A DNA stretch of 64,000 bases from a bacterium (GCA_035402825.1 DAONDZ010000005.1:8276-72275); one strand, 5' to 3'; shown: positions 27,005-38,894, numbered from the stretch's first letter. Translations and numbers: made by a program. The notes: generated from the letters alone by a model not told the origin.

Positions 27005-27544
27005 TTAATTCTGTTTAAACGGAAAGCCTAATAAGCGGAATAATTCTAAACCGGCTTCCCTATTTTTAGCATTGGTGTTGATAATAATCTCTAAGCCATG
27101 GATAGCAACCACATCTTCCAAATGGATTTCCGGGAAAGGCAAATTTTCTTTAAAACCGACAGTCATGTTGCCATTTCTATCTACTGCCTTATCAGAAATA
27201 CCGCGAAAGTCGCGTACTCGCGGGAAAGTAATATTTACTAATTTTTCAATAAAATCATACATTCTGTCAGAGCGCAGGGTAACCATAGCGCCAATCACCA
27301 TTCCTTCTCTGACTTTAAAAGCGGAAATTGATTTCTTAGCCTTGGTAAAGACTGGTTTCTGGCCGGCGATCTTGAGCAAGGTCTTTTCCACGCTCTCAAT
27401 CACTTCCTTTTCCTTAGCCTGCTTACCGAAACCGACGTTGATGACCACCTTTAACATTCGCGGTACTAACATCGCGTTTTTGTAGCCAAACTTATCTTTT
27501 AAGGCTTTAACTATTTCTTTTTGATACTTCTCTTTTAAACGCAT
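27005..27544 (-). CDS. rplE: 50S ribosomal protein L5
   Basis: MRLKEKYQKEIV start and operon position. Confidence 0.85.
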   Translation of the reverse strand: MRLKEKYQKEIVKALKDKFGYKNAMLVPRMLKVVINVGFGKQAKEKEVIESVEKTLLKIAGQKPVFTKAKKSISAFKVREGMVIGAMVTLRSDRMYDFIEKLVNITFPRVRDFRGISDKAVDRNGNMTVGFKENLPFPEIHLEDVVAIHGLEIIINTNAKNREAGLELFRLLGFPFKQN

Positions 27545-27549
27545 ATATT

Positions 27550-27873
27550 TTAATCAATAGTTTGTTCGCATTTTTTACAAACTCGGAATTTTTTAGTTTT
27601 ACCATCTTCACCTTTTACTAACTTATGACCCACGCGGGTAACTTTGCCGCATTTCGGGCAGATCAAAGCGACATTGGAGGCGTCAATAAAACGCGGGAAT
27701 TCAATTCTCTGTCCCTTTTCTCCCCGGCGCTGCGGGCGCAAATGCTTAATCAGCAAATTCAAGCCTTCCACACTCAATTTTTTTTGAGCCGGAAGAGTCT
27801 GCAAAACCTTACCAGTTTTGCCCTGGTCTTTGCCGGTTAAAATCTTCACTTTGTCTTCTTTCTTGATATTCAT
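27550..27873 (-). CDS. rplX: 50S ribosomal protein L24
   Basis: KOW motif (IKKEDKVKILTGKDQGKTGKV). Confidence 0.85.
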   Translation of the reverse strand: MNIKKEDKVKILTGKDQGKTGKVLQTLPAQKKLSVEGLNLLIKHLRPQRRGEKGQRIEFPRFIDASNVALICPKCGKVTRVGHKLVKGEDGKTKKFRVCKKCEQTID

Positions 27874-27894
27874 AAAATAATAAATGAATCTAAA

Positions 27895-28266
27895 TTACAA
27901 TACTTCCGGGGCCAAGGAAATAATCTTCATATATCCAGCTTGGCGCAATTCTCGAGCCACCGGCCCAAAAATACGGCTCCCCTTCGGTTCTTTCTTTTCC
28001 TTATCAATAATCACGCAAGCATTATCATCAAAGCGCAGATAAGAACCATCAGCGCGGCGGATTTCTTTTTTAGTGCGAACAATAACGGCATAAACTACAT
28101 CGCTCTTCTTGACAGCGGCATGCGGAGTAGCAGTTTTCACAGCTCCGACGATGATATCGCCCACGCGAGCATAACGACGCTTGTAGCCGCCTAAAGGTTT
28201 AATACATAAGACGGATTTGGCACCGGAATTATCAGCTACTTTTAATATAGTTTGAACTTGAATCAT
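27895..28266 (-). CDS. rplN: 50S ribosomal protein L14
   Basis: [17 protein letters not shown] start. Confidence 0.9.
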   Translation of the reverse strand: MIQVQTILKVADNSGAKSVLCIKPLGGYKRRYARVGDIIVGAVKTATPHAAVKKSDVVYAVIVRTKKEIRRADGSYLRFDDNACVIIDKEKKEPKGSRIFGPVARELRQAGYMKIISLAPEVL

Positions 28267-28270
28267 ATAT

Positions 28271-28531
28271 TTAAGCTTTAACTACTCGCCAACGCTTGTC
28301 CCGGCTTAAAGGCCGACACTCAACGAAGGTTACAACATCACCAACTTTATATTCATTCTTTTCATCATGAACTTTATAGTGGGAGCTAACGGTATAGCGC
28401 TTGTGATATTTAGGATGGATCTTAACTCTTTCCACGCGGACGATAATAGTCTTGTCGTTCTTATCAGAAACGACTTCGCCTTTAAATTTCTTTTTGATTA
28501 TCGGAGCCTTAGTGGCTTTTGCTTCTTTCAT
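28271..28531 (-). CDS. rpsQ: 30S ribosomal protein S17
   Basis: OB-fold S17 sequence and operon position. Confidence 0.8.
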   Translation of the reverse strand: MKEAKATKAPIIKKKFKGEVVSDKNDKTIIVRVERVKIHPKYHKRYTVSSHYKVHDEKNEYKVGDVVTFVECRPLSRDKRWRVVKA

Positions 28532-28539
28532 ATAATAAT

Positions 28540-28740
28540 TTATTTAACAGCTTTCTTTTTTAATTCATTTAAAGCAGTTATGATCATCGCTACCAATTTC
28601 TTGCCCGCTCGAAGAGCACGCACATTTTTCAATTGGCGGTTAGAATCTTTAAAGCGCATTTCGGTAAGCTTAGACCGTTCTTCGGCCAACATCTTGTTCA
28701 ATTCGCTTTCAGTTTTAGTTTTGATTTCTTTATATTCCAT
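28540..28740 (-). CDS. rpmC: 50S ribosomal protein L29
   Basis: 66 aa, helical, operon position. Confidence 0.8.
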   Translation of the reverse strand: MEYKEIKTKTESELNKMLAEERSKLTEMRFKDSNRQLKNVRALRAGKKLVAMIITALNELKKKAVK

Positions 28741-28745
28741 ATAAG

Positions 28746-29153
28746 CTAGCTGCGTTTAACAAATTGACATTTAATCGGTAATTTATAGGCGGCGGCTTCC
28801 AAAGCTTCTTTAGCCATCTCTTCTGATACGCCGTCCATTTCAAACAATACCATGCCCGGACGAATAACTACTACATAGTAGTCCACTGCGCCTTTACCAC
28901 CACCCATGGTAGATTCATTACCATGATCGGTGACCGGTTTATCCGGAAAAATCCGAATCCAAATCTTACCACTCTTTTTAGTGTATTTAGTCATCACGCG
29001 GCGGGAAGCTTCAATTTGGCGGGCAGTAATCCAATGGCTCTCCAAGGCTTTTAAACCATAGGAACCAAAGCTGACCTCTAACTTGGAGCTAGTCTTGCCG
29101 CCACGGCGGCCCTTGTGACTCTTTCTGAATTTGGTTTTTTTGGGCATTAACAT
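28746..29153 (-). CDS. rplP: 50S ribosomal protein L16
   Basis: [19 protein letters not shown] start. Confidence 0.9.
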   Translation of the reverse strand: MLMPKKTKFRKSHKGRRGGKTSSKLEVSFGSYGLKALESHWITARQIEASRRVMTKYTKKSGKIWIRIFPDKPVTDHGNESTMGGGKGAVDYYVVVIRPGMVLFEMDGVSEEMAKEALEAAAYKLPIKCQFVKRS

Positions 29154-29164
29154 ATTTAAACTCC

Positions 29165-29830
29165 TTATTTTTTATTTTTATCAAAAATTTCACCTTTATA
29201 GATCCAAACCTTAATACCAATCGCACCATAAGTGGTGGCGGCGGTACCGCGAGCATAATCAATATCAGCGCGAATGGTGCTGAGCGGCAATTTGCCGACA
29301 GTCAACTTTTCGGTGCGAGCGATTTCTGCTCCGTTTAAACGACCAGCGATACAAACCTTCACACCTAAACCGCCGGCTCTTTCAATCTTGGAAATCATCT
29401 GTTTCATCACTTTGCGGAAAGGGGTACGTTTTTCAATATCTAAAATCATCTGTTGCACAGCAATTTGAGCGCTCAAACCCGGTTGAGTGACTTCTTTGAT
29501 ATTAATATTCACATCGCTCGGACGGATACCGGCCGGGTTGGATAAAAATTGGCGATGTAATTTAGTTTTCAATTCTTCAATACCATTGCCGCCGCGGCCG
29601 ATCAAAACGCCCGGTTTGGCAGTATGGATATCAATATTTATCTTATTGGCGCCGCGAGCAATCTCCACTTTGTCCACGCCAGCTTCTTTGAAATTCTTCA
29701 ATAAAAACTTGCGGATTCTCACATCCTGTCTGAACTGATCGATATATTTATCACCTCTAGCGAACCACAAGGAAGGCCAAGGTTTGACCACACCGATACG
29801 TATTGCTTTTGGATTTACTTTTTTACCCAT
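29165..29830 (-). CDS. rpsC: 30S ribosomal protein S3
   Basis: KH domain and [14 protein letters not shown] start. Confidence 0.9.
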   Translation of the reverse strand: MGKKVNPKAIRIGVVKPWPSLWFARGDKYIDQFRQDVRIRKFLLKNFKEAGVDKVEIARGANKINIDIHTAKPGVLIGRGGNGIEELKTKLHRQFLSNPAGIRPSDVNINIKEVTQPGLSAQIAVQQMILDIEKRTPFRKVMKQMISKIERAGGLGVKVCIAGRLNGAEIARTEKLTVGKLPLSTIRADIDYARGTAATTYGAIGIKVWIYKGEIFDKNKK

Positions 29831-29843
29831 ATGAAATAATTAA

Positions 29844-30422
29844 TTAACCAGATTTGCGATTAAACAATCGGCCGGAGAAACCGCGACTAGAAGAACCTTC
29901 GATCTTAGCATGGCCACGACGACCAAAGTTTCTCGGATCTTCTTCGCTCACCACTTCCTCGCTGGCTTTAACTGACTTCTTGGTGGACTTTATTTTTTCC
30001 GGAGCCGGAGCGGCCTTGGTATTAACCAAAGTCTCCAACTTCACCGGCTTCTCAGTCTTCATTTTCTTAGCCTCGCGCTTACCGCTATCTTTAATTTCGG
30101 CTAAGACCAAATCAATGTGACAAGAACGCTTGCGAATAGTGGTGGCGCGGCCATGGGCTCGCGGCATCCAACGCTTCAAAGTCTTGCCCTGATCAACTCT
30201 AATTTCTTTAATATATAAATTATTAGCGTCCAATTCAAAGTTATTTACCGCATTGGCAACGGCTGATTTAATCAGCTTGGCAATCGGATCAGTCGCCTTC
30301 TTGTTAGTGAAAGCCAATTGAGCCAAAGCTTTGTCGGTTTTCTGGTTGCGGATAAGATCCACGACTAAGCGAGCCTTGCGTTCGGAGATGCGTAAATTTT
30401 GTAATCTAGCCTTGATTTCCAT
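29844..30422 (-). CDS. rplV: 50S ribosomal protein L22 (with a long K/E-rich C-terminal extension)
   Basis: L22 core followed by an about 80-aa charged tail. Confidence 0.8.
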   Translation of the reverse strand: MEIKARLQNLRISERKARLVVDLIRNQKTDKALAQLAFTNKKATDPIAKLIKSAVANAVNNFELDANNLYIKEIRVDQGKTLKRWMPRAHGRATTIRKRSCHIDLVLAEIKDSGKREAKKMKTEKPVKLETLVNTKAAPAPEKIKSTKKSVKASEEVVSEEDPRNFGRRGHAKIEGSSSRGFSGRLFNRKSG

Positions 30423-30431
30423 ATAATAAAA

Positions 30432-30710
30432 TTATTTTTTCTGCTCTTTAGCCATTTTGCCGCCATGAGAGACGAACTTTCTGGTATGGGAGAATTCACC
30501 CAAGCGATGACCAATCATATTTTCCACGATATAAACCGGGATATGTTGTTTGCCATTGTGAACGCCGATGGTGTAGTTGACCATTTCCGGAGTAACAGTG
30601 CAGGATCTATCCCAAGTCTTCACCACGGTCTTATCACCGGGAGTTAAAGCCTGTAATTTTTTGATTAATCTTTCGTTGATGTATGGTCCCTTTTTTAAAC
30701 TTCTCGCCAT
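30432..30710 (-). CDS. rpsS: 30S ribosomal protein S19
   Basis: MARSLKKGPYI start. Confidence 0.9.
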   Translation of the reverse strand: MARSLKKGPYINERLIKKLQALTPGDKTVVKTWDRSCTVTPEMVNYTIGVHNGKQHIPVYIVENMIGHRLGEFSHTRKFVSHGGKMAKEQKK

Positions 30711-30721
30711 ATTAATAAATA

Positions 30722-31558
30722 TTATTTATTTCTAGAACGACGCTTCACGATCAATTTATTGGAATGCTGGAACTTTCTAGTCTTAACTCCAGAAGCATGT
30801 TTGCCCCATAAAGTTTTCGGATATTTCAAACCAATAGATTGATTACCTTCACCACCGCCGTGCGGATGATCTTTCGGATTCATAGCGGTACCTCTGACAG
30901 TCGGACGAATGCCTAAGCGGCGATTGCGACCGGCGAAACCAATAACCAAGTGCATCCGATCCGGATTGCTGGCCTGGCCAACAGTACACAAACAGTCCTT
31001 CTTCACTAAACGGATTTCACCAGAGGGTAATTTTAATTGAGCATACTTACCTTCCACACCCATTACAGCCACAGTATTACCGGCACCGCGAGCGATTTGA
31101 CCGCCCTTGCCCGGTTCCAATTCAACGTTATAGACTCCAATACCAGCCGGAATATATTTCAAAGGCATAGCGTTGCCAGTCTTGATTTCAATTAATTCAT
31201 TGGAGCTTAGAATAACATCATTAACCTTCAAACCTACCGGAGCGATAATATAGCGCTTCTCGCCGTCGGCATAAGCCAACAAAGCTAGACGAGCACCGCG
31301 GTTCGGATCATATTCAATAGCTTTTACAGTTGCCGGTACGCCGAATTTTTCGCGTTTATAATCAACCACGCGCAAATAGCGCTTCACACCGCCGCCGCGA
31401 TGGCGAACAGTAATAGAACCCTGAGCATTGCGGCCACTGGTCTTTTTCTTAATAACTACCAAAGCCTTCTCCGGTTTCTTTTTAGTGATATCGGAAAAAT
31501 CGTCGAAAGTAATTTGGCGACGGCCCGGAGTAGTTGGTTTTACCTTTTTGATACCCAT
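30722..31558 (-). CDS. rplB: 50S ribosomal protein L2
   Basis: …[19 protein letters not shown]… and C-terminal HPHGGGEG. Confidence 0.9.
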   Translation of the reverse strand: MGIKKVKPTTPGRRQITFDDFSDITKKKPEKALVVIKKKTSGRNAQGSITVRHRGGGVKRYLRVVDYKREKFGVPATVKAIEYDPNRGARLALLAYADGEKRYIIAPVGLKVNDVILSSNELIEIKTGNAMPLKYIPAGIGVYNVELEPGKGGQIARGAGNTVAVMGVEGKYAQLKLPSGEIRLVKKDCLCTVGQASNPDRMHLVIGFAGRNRRLGIRPTVRGTAMNPKDHPHGGGEGNQSIGLKYPKTLWGKHASGVKTRKFQHSNKLIVKRRSRNK

Positions 31559-31570
31559 ATTGATAATTCT

Positions 31571-32005
31571 TTAAACACCTTCGTAAATTTGAATGCTATC
31601 GTTCTTAGCTAAAGTAACAATCGCTTTGCGGATATTGCTTCTCACGCCGACAGTGCGACCGCGATAGACTTTCTTGCCTTTAATATTAACAATATTAACG
31701 CTTAAAGGTTTAACACCGTAAACAGCAGTAATAGCTTTAGCCACTTCAATCTTGTTAGCGCCTCTAGCCACCATAAAAACATATTGGTTGTGAGCGCTCA
31801 AGTTGGTAGCTTTTTCAGTCACCACCGGCTTCAATAAGATTCTGTCTGCCCGGGTACCGATCTTCTTCTTGGATACAGCGCTCTTAGCCGCTTTTTCACC
31901 AGCATACAAATCCTTCATGGAAGAATCTTTCTTCTCCGCCTTCACCGCTTCTTTAGCGGCCGGCTGCTTGTCATCTTCTTTAGTTTTTTTGTTGAATATT
32001 GCCAT
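31571..32005 (-). CDS. rplW: 50S ribosomal protein L23 (with an N-terminal K/A-rich extension)
   Basis: L23 core in the C-terminal 95 aa. Confidence 0.8.
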   Translation of the reverse strand: MAIFNKKTKEDDKQPAAKEAVKAEKKDSSMKDLYAGEKAAKSAVSKKKIGTRADRILLKPVVTEKATNLSAHNQYVFMVARGANKIEVAKAITAVYGVKPLSVNIVNIKGKKVYRGRTVGVRSNIRKAIVTLAKNDSIQIYEGV

Positions 32006-32013
32006 ATGCCGGA

Positions 32014-32664
32014 TTATTTAAGATAAGTTTGCTCTAGTTTTTTGAGGCCAGCTTGGCTCAAAACCAAATTACGGTAATGGAGCAAATCTAAAATATTAAT
32101 ATTTTCCAAATTGATAATTTCAACATCCGCCAAATTGCGAGTGGAATATTTTAAAGCTTCCGACTTGTCGTCGTTAATCATCAAAACACTGCGTCGCGGA
32201 TTCTGCCAAACTTTAGTTTCTAAATTCTTCACCAAAGTATTGATAGCTTTAGTTTTAAATTCTTTAACTTCCAAGCTATCCAAAACTACCAAACCGTTGG
32301 TTTTAACCTTATCAGACAAAACCATGAACAAAGCCTTCTGCTTCATCTTCTGGTTGATATTCTTTTTAAAATTGCGATCTTTACGCGGACCAAAAGTGAT
32401 ACCGCCACCAATCCATAACGGAGAACGGCTGGAACCGGAACGAGCGCGACCAGTTCCCTTTTGTCGCCACGGCTTCTTACCGCCGCCGCGAACTTCAGAC
32501 TTAGTTTTAGTATGAGCTAGAACTTGGCGTTCATTGCCCATTTGAGCCACCATAGCTTGATGAACTAAATCATTGTTCACTTCAACGCCAAAAATTTTTT
32601 CCGATAAATCCAAATTACCGACCGATTCTGCTTTAGAATTGTATAAATTAATCTTGATAGCCAT
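32014..32664 (-). CDS. rplD: 50S ribosomal protein L4
   Basis: …GGGKKPWRQKGTGRAR…. Confidence 0.85.
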   Translation of the reverse strand: MAIKINLYNSKAESVGNLDLSEKIFGVEVNNDLVHQAMVAQMGNERQVLAHTKTKSEVRGGGKKPWRQKGTGRARSGSSRSPLWIGGGITFGPRKDRNFKKNINQKMKQKALFMVLSDKVKTNGLVVLDSLEVKEFKTKAINTLVKNLETKVWQNPRRSVLMINDDKSEALKYSTRNLADVEIINLENINILDLLHYRNLVLSQAGLKKLEQTYLK

Positions 32665-32668
32665 AAAA

Positions 32669-33466
32669 TTAAGCTTCTTTATTTTCTACCTGCTCCTCAA
32701 CTGGAGCTTCTTCGGTCTTAGCTTCTTCTGCTGCCGGAGTTTCCTCAACTACCGGAGCGGCCTCGACAACATCTTCTGAGGCGGTAACTACCACTTCTTC
32801 ATTTACTTCTACCGGAGCGACAGCTTCTTGAGGCTGAGCAATTTTTAATTCACCAGCTCCTTTAACAATCACTAAGGAATTAGTGGCACCCGGCAAAGCA
32901 CCTTTGATATATAAAATGTTGTTAGCTTCATCAATGGAAACTACTTCCAAATTTCTGGTAGTCACTTGTTCGTCTCCCATATGGCCACCCATGCGAGTGC
33001 CTTTGAAAACGTGAGCCGGACCCTTCGGACCTACAGAACCGGAATGTCTTTCTTGATCTTTATTACCATGAGTTTTTCTGAAACCATGGAAGCCATGACG
33101 CTTCACCACGCCCTGGAAACCTTTACCCTTAGAAACACCGGTCACAGCGACAATGTCGCCAGCAGCAAAAGTATCAACTTTCACCACATCACCCAATTTT
33201 ACTTCCGGCAAAGATTCTACGCGGAATTCGCGCAAATGGCGGATATTTTTAGATTGAGATTTTAATAAATGGCCCAACTGCGGTTTTCTGATATTCTTTT
33301 CTTTGCGGAAACCAAAACCTAACTGCAAAGCTTCATAGCCGTCATTATCTTTATTCTTAATTTGAGTGACCACACAAGGGCCGGCGGCTACCGGAGTAAC
33401 TGCCACCACCTTATCATTCACCCAAACCTGGGTCATATTTAATTTGTTTCCTAAAATGAATTTCAT
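32669..33466 (-). CDS. rplC: 50S ribosomal protein L3 (with a C-terminal A/E/V-rich extension)
   Basis: L3 core followed by an about 55-aa acidic tail. Confidence 0.85.
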   Translation of the reverse strand: MKFILGNKLNMTQVWVNDKVVAVTPVAAGPCVVTQIKNKDNDGYEALQLGFGFRKEKNIRKPQLGHLLKSQSKNIRHLREFRVESLPEVKLGDVVKVDTFAAGDIVAVTGVSKGKGFQGVVKRHGFHGFRKTHGNKDQERHSGSVGPKGPAHVFKGTRMGGHMGDEQVTTRNLEVVSIDEANNILYIKGALPGATNSLVIVKGAGELKIAQPQEAVAPVEVNEEVVVTASEDVVEAAPVVEETPAAEEAKTEEAPVEEQVENKEA

Positions 33467-33482
33467 AACAAGCGATTAGAAA

Positions 33483-33520
33483 AAATAAAAACTGGTTGGG
33501 TAAACCAGCTTGAACCATTA
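33483..33520 (-). promoter_or_regulatory. Terminator/attenuator-like hairpin in the unusual 215-nt rpsJ-rplC spacer
   Basis: On the minus strand, CUGGUU-UACCC-AACCAG followed by UUUUUAUUUUUU, about 17 nt upstream of the rplC start. An orphan AGGAGG lies further upstream at about 33588-33595. Confidence 0.3.
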
Positions 33521-33681
33521 TTGTTAAACACAATTGGGAACCGGAAACGACCGGCGCAAATGTTATTTAATTTTTTGGTTTGGTTTACCTCCTAAGAGCT
33601 TTTCCCTTAATTTAAAGCATTTTCCAAAAATAGAATTACTTTAAACGAATAAAAAAGCTAAAATATTTCAACGAATATAGT

Positions 33682-34026
33682 TTACTGCATTTTAATCTCC
33701 AAGTCAACCCCGGCCGGCAAGCTCAGATTGGTTAAATCCTCGATTGTCTTTTGGTTCGGATCAACAATGTCAATCAAGCGTTTATGAACTCTCATTTCGT
33801 ACTGATCCCGAGCATTCTTATGGACGAAAGTGGAACGATTAACGGTATATTTCCGTTTCTCGGTCGGCAACGGGATAGGCCCAAAAATTTGAGCATCAGT
33901 CCGTTGGGCAGTTTCCATAATAGTCTTGGTGGATTGATCAATAATCTTGTGATCAAACGCTTTGATCTTGATGCGAATACGCTGTTTTTCGCCTTCTTTT
34001 TCTTTGGTTTTTTTAGTTTCTGCCAT
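33682..34026 (-). CDS. rpsJ: 30S ribosomal protein S10 (with a short N-terminal extension)
   Basis: …[26 protein letters not shown]…. Confidence 0.9.
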   Translation of the reverse strand: MAETKKTKEKEGEKQRIRIKIKAFDHKIIDQSTKTIMETAQRTDAQIFGPIPLPTEKRKYTVNRSTFVHKNARDQYEMRVHKRLIDIVDPNQKTIEDLTNLSLPAGVDLEIKMQ

Positions 34027-34091
34027 AGATATAATGTGCTTTTAAATAAACACTACAAGCTCGCTCTAGAAATTAGAGCGAGCCTAAGTGA

Positions 34092-35279
34092 CTACTTGAT
34101 AATCTTAGTAACTACACCGGCGCCAACAGTGCGACCACCTTCGCGGATAGCAAATCTCTGCTTTTCCTCAAGAGCAATCGGAGCGATTAATTTGACAGTC
34201 AAATTAACGGTATCGCCAGGCATAATCATTTCGGTGCCAGCCGGTAACTCAATCTCACCGGTAACATCAGTGGTGCGGATGTAAAATTGCGGCTTATAAC
34301 CCTTGAAGAAAGGTTTATGGCGGCCACCTTCATCCTTACCCAAAATATAAACTTCAGCTTCAAAATCAGTATGCGGAGAAACAGAACCCGGTTTGGCTAA
34401 AACCTGACCGCGCTCTACATCTTCTCTCTTGGTGCCGCGGATTAATAAACCAGCGTTATCACCAGCCATACCTTTTTCTAACTGCTTGTTAAACATTTCA
34501 ATACCGATAACGGTAGTTTTCTTGGTGTCCATTAAACCGACGATTTCAACTTCTTCGCCGATCTTAATTTCACCTCTTTCAATTCTACCAGTTACCACGG
34601 TACCACGACCTTCAATGGAGAAAATATCTTCCACCGGCATCAAGAACGGTTTGTCGGTTTCACGTTTCGGTTCTGGGATAAACTCATCCAAAGCCTTTAA
34701 TAAATCAAGGATCGGCTGAGCATCCGGACCGGTCGGGTTTTCCAAAGCTTTCAAAGCGGAACCACGGATAATCGGAGTGGTATCGCCCGGGAATTCCCAT
34801 TTCTTCAATAAATCGCGGATTTCTTCTTCCACTAGATCAATCAATTCTTTGTCTTCAACCATATCGCATTTGTTCAAGAAGACAACGATATAAGGCACGC
34901 CAACCTGACGAGCTAATAGGATGTGTTCGCGAGTCTGAGGCATAGGGCCGTCAGTAGCAGCGACCACCAAGATAGCACCGTCCATCTGAGCGGCGCCAGT
35001 GATCATGTTTTTGACATAATCAGCATGTCCCGGACAGTCAACGTGAGCATAGTGACGAGTAGCAGTTTCATACTCCTGGTGAGAAGTAGCAATGGTAATA
35101 CCTCTTTGTTTCTCTTCCGGGGCATTATCAATGTCATTAACACCTTTTTTGGTAGCTTTCATACCCTGAGCAGTAGCTACGTTTAAAATAGCGGCGGTCA
35201 AGGTAGTTTTGCCATGGTCAACGTGGCCGATAGTACCGACATTGACATGGGGCTTACTTCTTTGAAAAACTTCTGCCAT
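34092..35279 (-). CDS. tuf: Elongation factor Tu
   Basis: [22 protein letters not shown] and NKCD. Confidence 0.95.
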   Translation of the reverse strand: MAEVFQRSKPHVNVGTIGHVDHGKTTLTAAILNVATAQGMKATKKGVNDIDNAPEEKQRGITIATSHQEYETATRHYAHVDCPGHADYVKNMITGAAQMDGAILVVAATDGPMPQTREHILLARQVGVPYIVVFLNKCDMVEDKELIDLVEEEIRDLLKKWEFPGDTTPIIRGSALKALENPTGPDAQPILDLLKALDEFIPEPKRETDKPFLMPVEDIFSIEGRGTVVTGRIERGEIKIGEEVEIVGLMDTKKTTVIGIEMFNKQLEKGMAGDNAGLLIRGTKREDVERGQVLAKPGSVSPHTDFEAEVYILGKDEGGRHKPFFKGYKPQFYIRTTDVTGEIELPAGTEMIMPGDTVNLTVKLIAPIALEEKQRFAIREGGRTVGAGVVTKIIK

Positions 35280-35372
35280 GTTTTTTATTAACGACCTCCT
35301 TAAAATAAAGAGTTATTTGCCTTTTAAAGACAACCAGTCGTTATCGTTAATTATTTTTAATTTATTAGTAAT

Positions 35373-35726
35373 TTATTGTTTCGCTTCGTCAATTTCGGAA
35401 GCAACCTCTTTGATCTCTTTCGGGATCTGCCAATTGTTGCTTTTAAAGCGATTTTTTAACACTTGGGCGCTAGAATAAATGTTTTCTTTAGGAAAACCTT
35501 CACCGCTCCCAGTATTATTATTGGGTTTTTCACTCACTTGGACTATTTTATCAGCAATATCTCCCCCTGTCAAGGCAGAGTTTTCCACTGCTAAGCCCAA
35601 TAAACCCTCATATTCATCTAAAGGCATGACCACAAAACTAGTGTCCGGGACGGAGTTATCAAACACCACTACCCTATCACCAGTTTTCTTGGCTAATTTT
35701 AGTACTTTTTGCAATCTGTCGGACAT
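35373..35726 (-). CDS. Hypothetical protein inserted between fusA and tuf
   Basis: 117-aa ORF with no recognisable motif. Confidence 0.4.
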   Translation of the reverse strand: MSDRLQKVLKLAKKTGDRVVVFDNSVPDTSFVVMPLDEYEGLLGLAVENSALTGGDIADKIVQVSEKPNNNTGSGEGFPKENIYSSAQVLKNRFKSNNWQIPKEIKEVASEIDEAKQ

Positions 35727-35743
35727 AAAAGTTCTAAATTAAA

Positions 35744-37822
35744 TTATTTAGCGCCTTTCTCCTTGATCTGCTCCAAAATATTGCGCGGAACCTCGCTATA
35801 ATGCAAGAACTCCATGCTGTAATTAGCTCGGCCTTGGCTCATGGAGCGCAAAGAAGTGGCATAGCCAAACATTTCAGCTAACGGCACTTTAGCGCGCACC
35901 AATTTGATATTAGCTCGATCGGACATTTCATCAATCTGACCGCGCTTGGCATTCAAATCGCCAATAATATTGCCCATATATTCTTCCGGAGTGGTAACTT
36001 CCACTTTCATCACCGGTTCTAACATTACCGGCTTAGCTTTTTGACAAGCATCCTTGAAAGCGAAAATACCAGCCATTTTAAAGGCAGCTTCAGAAGAGTC
36101 AACTTCATGATATGATCCATCAAAAACAGTCACTTTGACGTCCACCATCGGATAGCCGGCCAAGACACCGGAGGTCATAGCCTCGCGGACACCTTTTTCA
36201 ATAGCCGGAATATATTCTCGCGGCACAACACCGCCTTTAACTTCATCCACAAATTCATAGCCCTTGCCTTCTTCTTGCGGTTCAACTCTGAGCCAGCAAT
36301 CACCATATTGACCACGGCCGCCGGACTGTTTAACATATTTGCCCTGAGCCTCAGCCTTGTCTCTAATAGTTTCACGATAGGATACCTGCGGTTTGCCGAT
36401 ATTAGCTTCCACACCGAATTCTCTCTTCATGCGATCAACAATGATATCCAAATGCAATTCTCCCATACCGGAGATTAAAGTCTGTCCAGATTCTTCATCG
36501 GTTTCCACACGGAAAGTCGGATCTTCTTCAGCCAAACGAGCCAAAGCCACACCCATCTTTTCTTGGTCAGCTTTAGTCTTCGGTTCCACGGCGATTTTAA
36601 TCACCGGTTCCGGGAATTTAATAGTTTCCAAAAGCATCGGCTTATCTTCGGCGCATAAAGTATTGCCAGTGGTAGTATCTTTCAAACCAATTACCGCTGC
36701 GATATCGCCGGCATAAACTTCTTTAATTTCTTCCCGATGATTAGCGTGCATGCGCACCAAACGGCCAACTCTTTCTTTGTTGCCGGTGGAAGCATTGACA
36801 ATATAAGAACCGGACTGCAATACGCCTTGATAAACGCGGACGAAACAAAGTTTGCCCACGAAAGGATCGGTAGCGATCTTAAAAGCTAGACCAACGAAAG
36901 AAGCATTGTCTTCCGGTTTGACCGGATATTTTTTCTCTTCGTCTCTAACATCATTAGCGGTAATTTCCGGAACGTCCAAAGGAGAAGGTAAATATTCGCA
37001 AACTGCATCCAAAGCTAATTGCACGCCGATATTCTGCAAAGCAGTGCCGCAGATTACCGGATAGCAACCATTAGCGATAACACCTTTGCGTAAAGCGGAT
37101 TTTAATTCTTCTAGAGTGATCTCTTCCCCGTTCAAATATTTTTCAGTCAAAGTATCATTAAACTCGGCAATTTTTTCTACGGCCAAAGCGCGATATTTAT
37201 CCACGTCAGCCTTCATGTCTTCCGGAATCGGAACTTCAATTAATTTCTCGCCGAAAGCACCTTCAAAATGAAAAGCCTTCATCTCTAAAAGGTCAACTAC
37301 GCCGACTAAATCAGATTCAGCGCCTATCGGCAATTGAATGGCAAAAGCGTTGGAATTCAAGCGAGTTTGAATAGATTTCAAGCTCATATAGAAATCAGCG
37401 CCCATTTTATCCATTTTATTGACGAAGCATAAGCGCGGCACCTGGTATTTATCAGCCTGACGCCAAACAGTTTCCGATTGCGGTTCTACACCGGCCTGGC
37501 CGTCAAAAACAGCGATAGCGCCGTCTAAAACGCGCAAGGAGCGCTCTACTTCCACGGTGAAATCTACGTGGCCGGGAGTATCAATAATATTGATTTTATT
37601 GTCGCGCCAAAAGCAAGTGGTGGCGGCGGAAGTAATAGTGATGCCTCTTTCTTTTTCTTGTTCCATCCAATCCATTTCTGCGGCGCCTTCATGCACTTCG
37701 CCAATCTTGTGTTTCTTGCCGGTGTAAAACAAAACCCGCTCGGTAAAAGTAGTTTTACCAGCGTCAATGTGAGCCATGATGCCAATATTTCTGATCTTAT
37801 CAAGAGAAAAATCTCGGGCCAT
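35744..37822 (-). CDS. fusA: Elongation factor G
   Basis: [17 protein letters not shown] and five-domain length. Confidence 0.95.
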   Translation of the reverse strand: MARDFSLDKIRNIGIMAHIDAGKTTFTERVLFYTGKKHKIGEVHEGAAEMDWMEQEKERGITITSAATTCFWRDNKINIIDTPGHVDFTVEVERSLRVLDGAIAVFDGQAGVEPQSETVWRQADKYQVPRLCFVNKMDKMGADFYMSLKSIQTRLNSNAFAIQLPIGAESDLVGVVDLLEMKAFHFEGAFGEKLIEVPIPEDMKADVDKYRALAVEKIAEFNDTLTEKYLNGEEITLEELKSALRKGVIANGCYPVICGTALQNIGVQLALDAVCEYLPSPLDVPEITANDVRDEEKKYPVKPEDNASFVGLAFKIATDPFVGKLCFVRVYQGVLQSGSYIVNASTGNKERVGRLVRMHANHREEIKEVYAGDIAAVIGLKDTTTGNTLCAEDKPMLLETIKFPEPVIKIAVEPKTKADQEKMGVALARLAEEDPTFRVETDEESGQTLISGMGELHLDIIVDRMKREFGVEANIGKPQVSYRETIRDKAEAQGKYVKQSGGRGQYGDCWLRVEPQEEGKGYEFVDEVKGGVVPREYIPAIEKGVREAMTSGVLAGYPMVDVKVTVFDGSYHEVDSSEAAFKMAGIFAFKDACQKAKPVMLEPVMKVEVTTPEEYMGNIIGDLNAKRGQIDEMSDRANIKLVRAKVPLAEMFGYATSLRSMSQGRANYSMEFLHYSEVPRNILEQIKEKGAK

Positions 37823-37848
37823 AAAATTATGTAAAAATTATTGATTAA

Positions 37849-38316
37849 TTAACGAGAGAAATGAGCGAAAGCCTTGTTGGCTTCAGCCATGCGATGAACA
37901 GACTCACGCTTTTTGATAGCGTTGCCCTCACCATTAGAAGCATCTAGAATTTCCGCAGCCAACTTTTCTTCCATGGAATGACCCCGGCGTTCGTTAGCAG
38001 CGTCTATCAACCAATAGCAAGCCAAATAATAACGGCGTTCGCCGCGAACCTGAACCGGCACCTGATAGTTGGCACCGCCGACGCGCTTGCTTCTGACTTC
38101 CACCAAAGGAGAAACCCTCTTGATCGCCTTATTAAAAATATGGCGCGGGTCTTGCTTGGTCTTGTCTTTGATAATATTAAAAGCACTGTAGATAATATTT
38201 TGAGCTACAGCTTTCTTGCCGTCCTTCATCAAGTAGTTGATCAATTTGGCAATACTAGGATCGCTATATTTTAAGTCCCCTTCAATTTTTCTAATGGGGG
38301 CGGCTTTTCCACGCAT
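37849..38316 (-). CDS. rpsG: 30S ribosomal protein S7
   Basis: S7 sequence and position in the str operon. Confidence 0.9.
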   Translation of the reverse strand: MRGKAAPIRKIEGDLKYSDPSIAKLINYLMKDGKKAVAQNIIYSAFNIIKDKTKQDPRHIFNKAIKRVSPLVEVRSKRVGGANYQVPVQVRGERRYYLACYWLIDAANERRGHSMEEKLAAEILDASNGEGNAIKKRESVHRMAEANKAFAHFSR

Positions 38317-38384
38317 AGATTAAGTGATTTTAAGTACTCAGCTATAAGTAAATAAAACCGATATTAAGTAAATTTAATGACTAA

Positions 38385-38804
38385 TTATTTTTTCGGACGC
38401 TTGTTGCCGTAAAGACTGCGGCCCTGGCGACGAGATTCTACACCCTGGGTGTCATAGACGCCGCGGATGATTTTATAGCGCAAACCAGGTAAATCTTTGG
38501 TCTTTCCACCCTTCAAGAGCACGATGGAGTGTTCCTGCAAGTTATGACCGATACCGGGGATATAAGCAGTAACTTCCATGCCGTTAGACAGTTTGACTCT
38601 GGCAATTTTTCGTAAAGCGGAGTTCGGTTTCTTCGGAGTCATGGTGGTCACCTTTAAGCAGACCCCCTGTTTGAACGGAGAGCCCTTTTTATCCACTTTT
38701 TTGCGGCGATGCAAGGAATCAAAACGAGTGCGTAAAGCCAAGGTTTTAGTCCTTTTTTTCTTTTCTCCGCGCCCTTTTCGTACCAATTGGTTAATAGTTG
38801 GCAT
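38385..38804 (-). CDS. rpsL: 30S ribosomal protein S12
   Basis: [12 protein letters not shown]…[10 protein letters not shown]. Confidence 0.95.
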   Translation of the reverse strand: MPTINQLVRKGRGEKKKRTKTLALRTRFDSLHRRKKVDKKGSPFKQGVCLKVTTMTPKKPNSALRKIARVKLSNGMEVTAYIPGIGHNLQEHSIVLLKGGKTKDLPGLRYKIIRGVYDTQGVESRRQGRSLYGNKRPKK

Positions 38805-38894
38805 AATGAAATTAAAACGGCGAATCAGCTATAATTCGCTTTAATTAAAAAATATTAAATAAATCCTGAAAACAGGATAATTTATCTGTCCCCT

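Noticed and set aside
24838-38844. Numerous 60-180-aa ORFs antisense to or overlapping ribosomal protein, tuf, fusA and secY genes, for example 25099..25281, 27072..27485, 33751..34284 and 36393..36716
   Set aside because: Each lies inside a highly conserved, well-supported gene on the other strand or frame. They are the usual shadow ORFs of GC-skewed coding regions.
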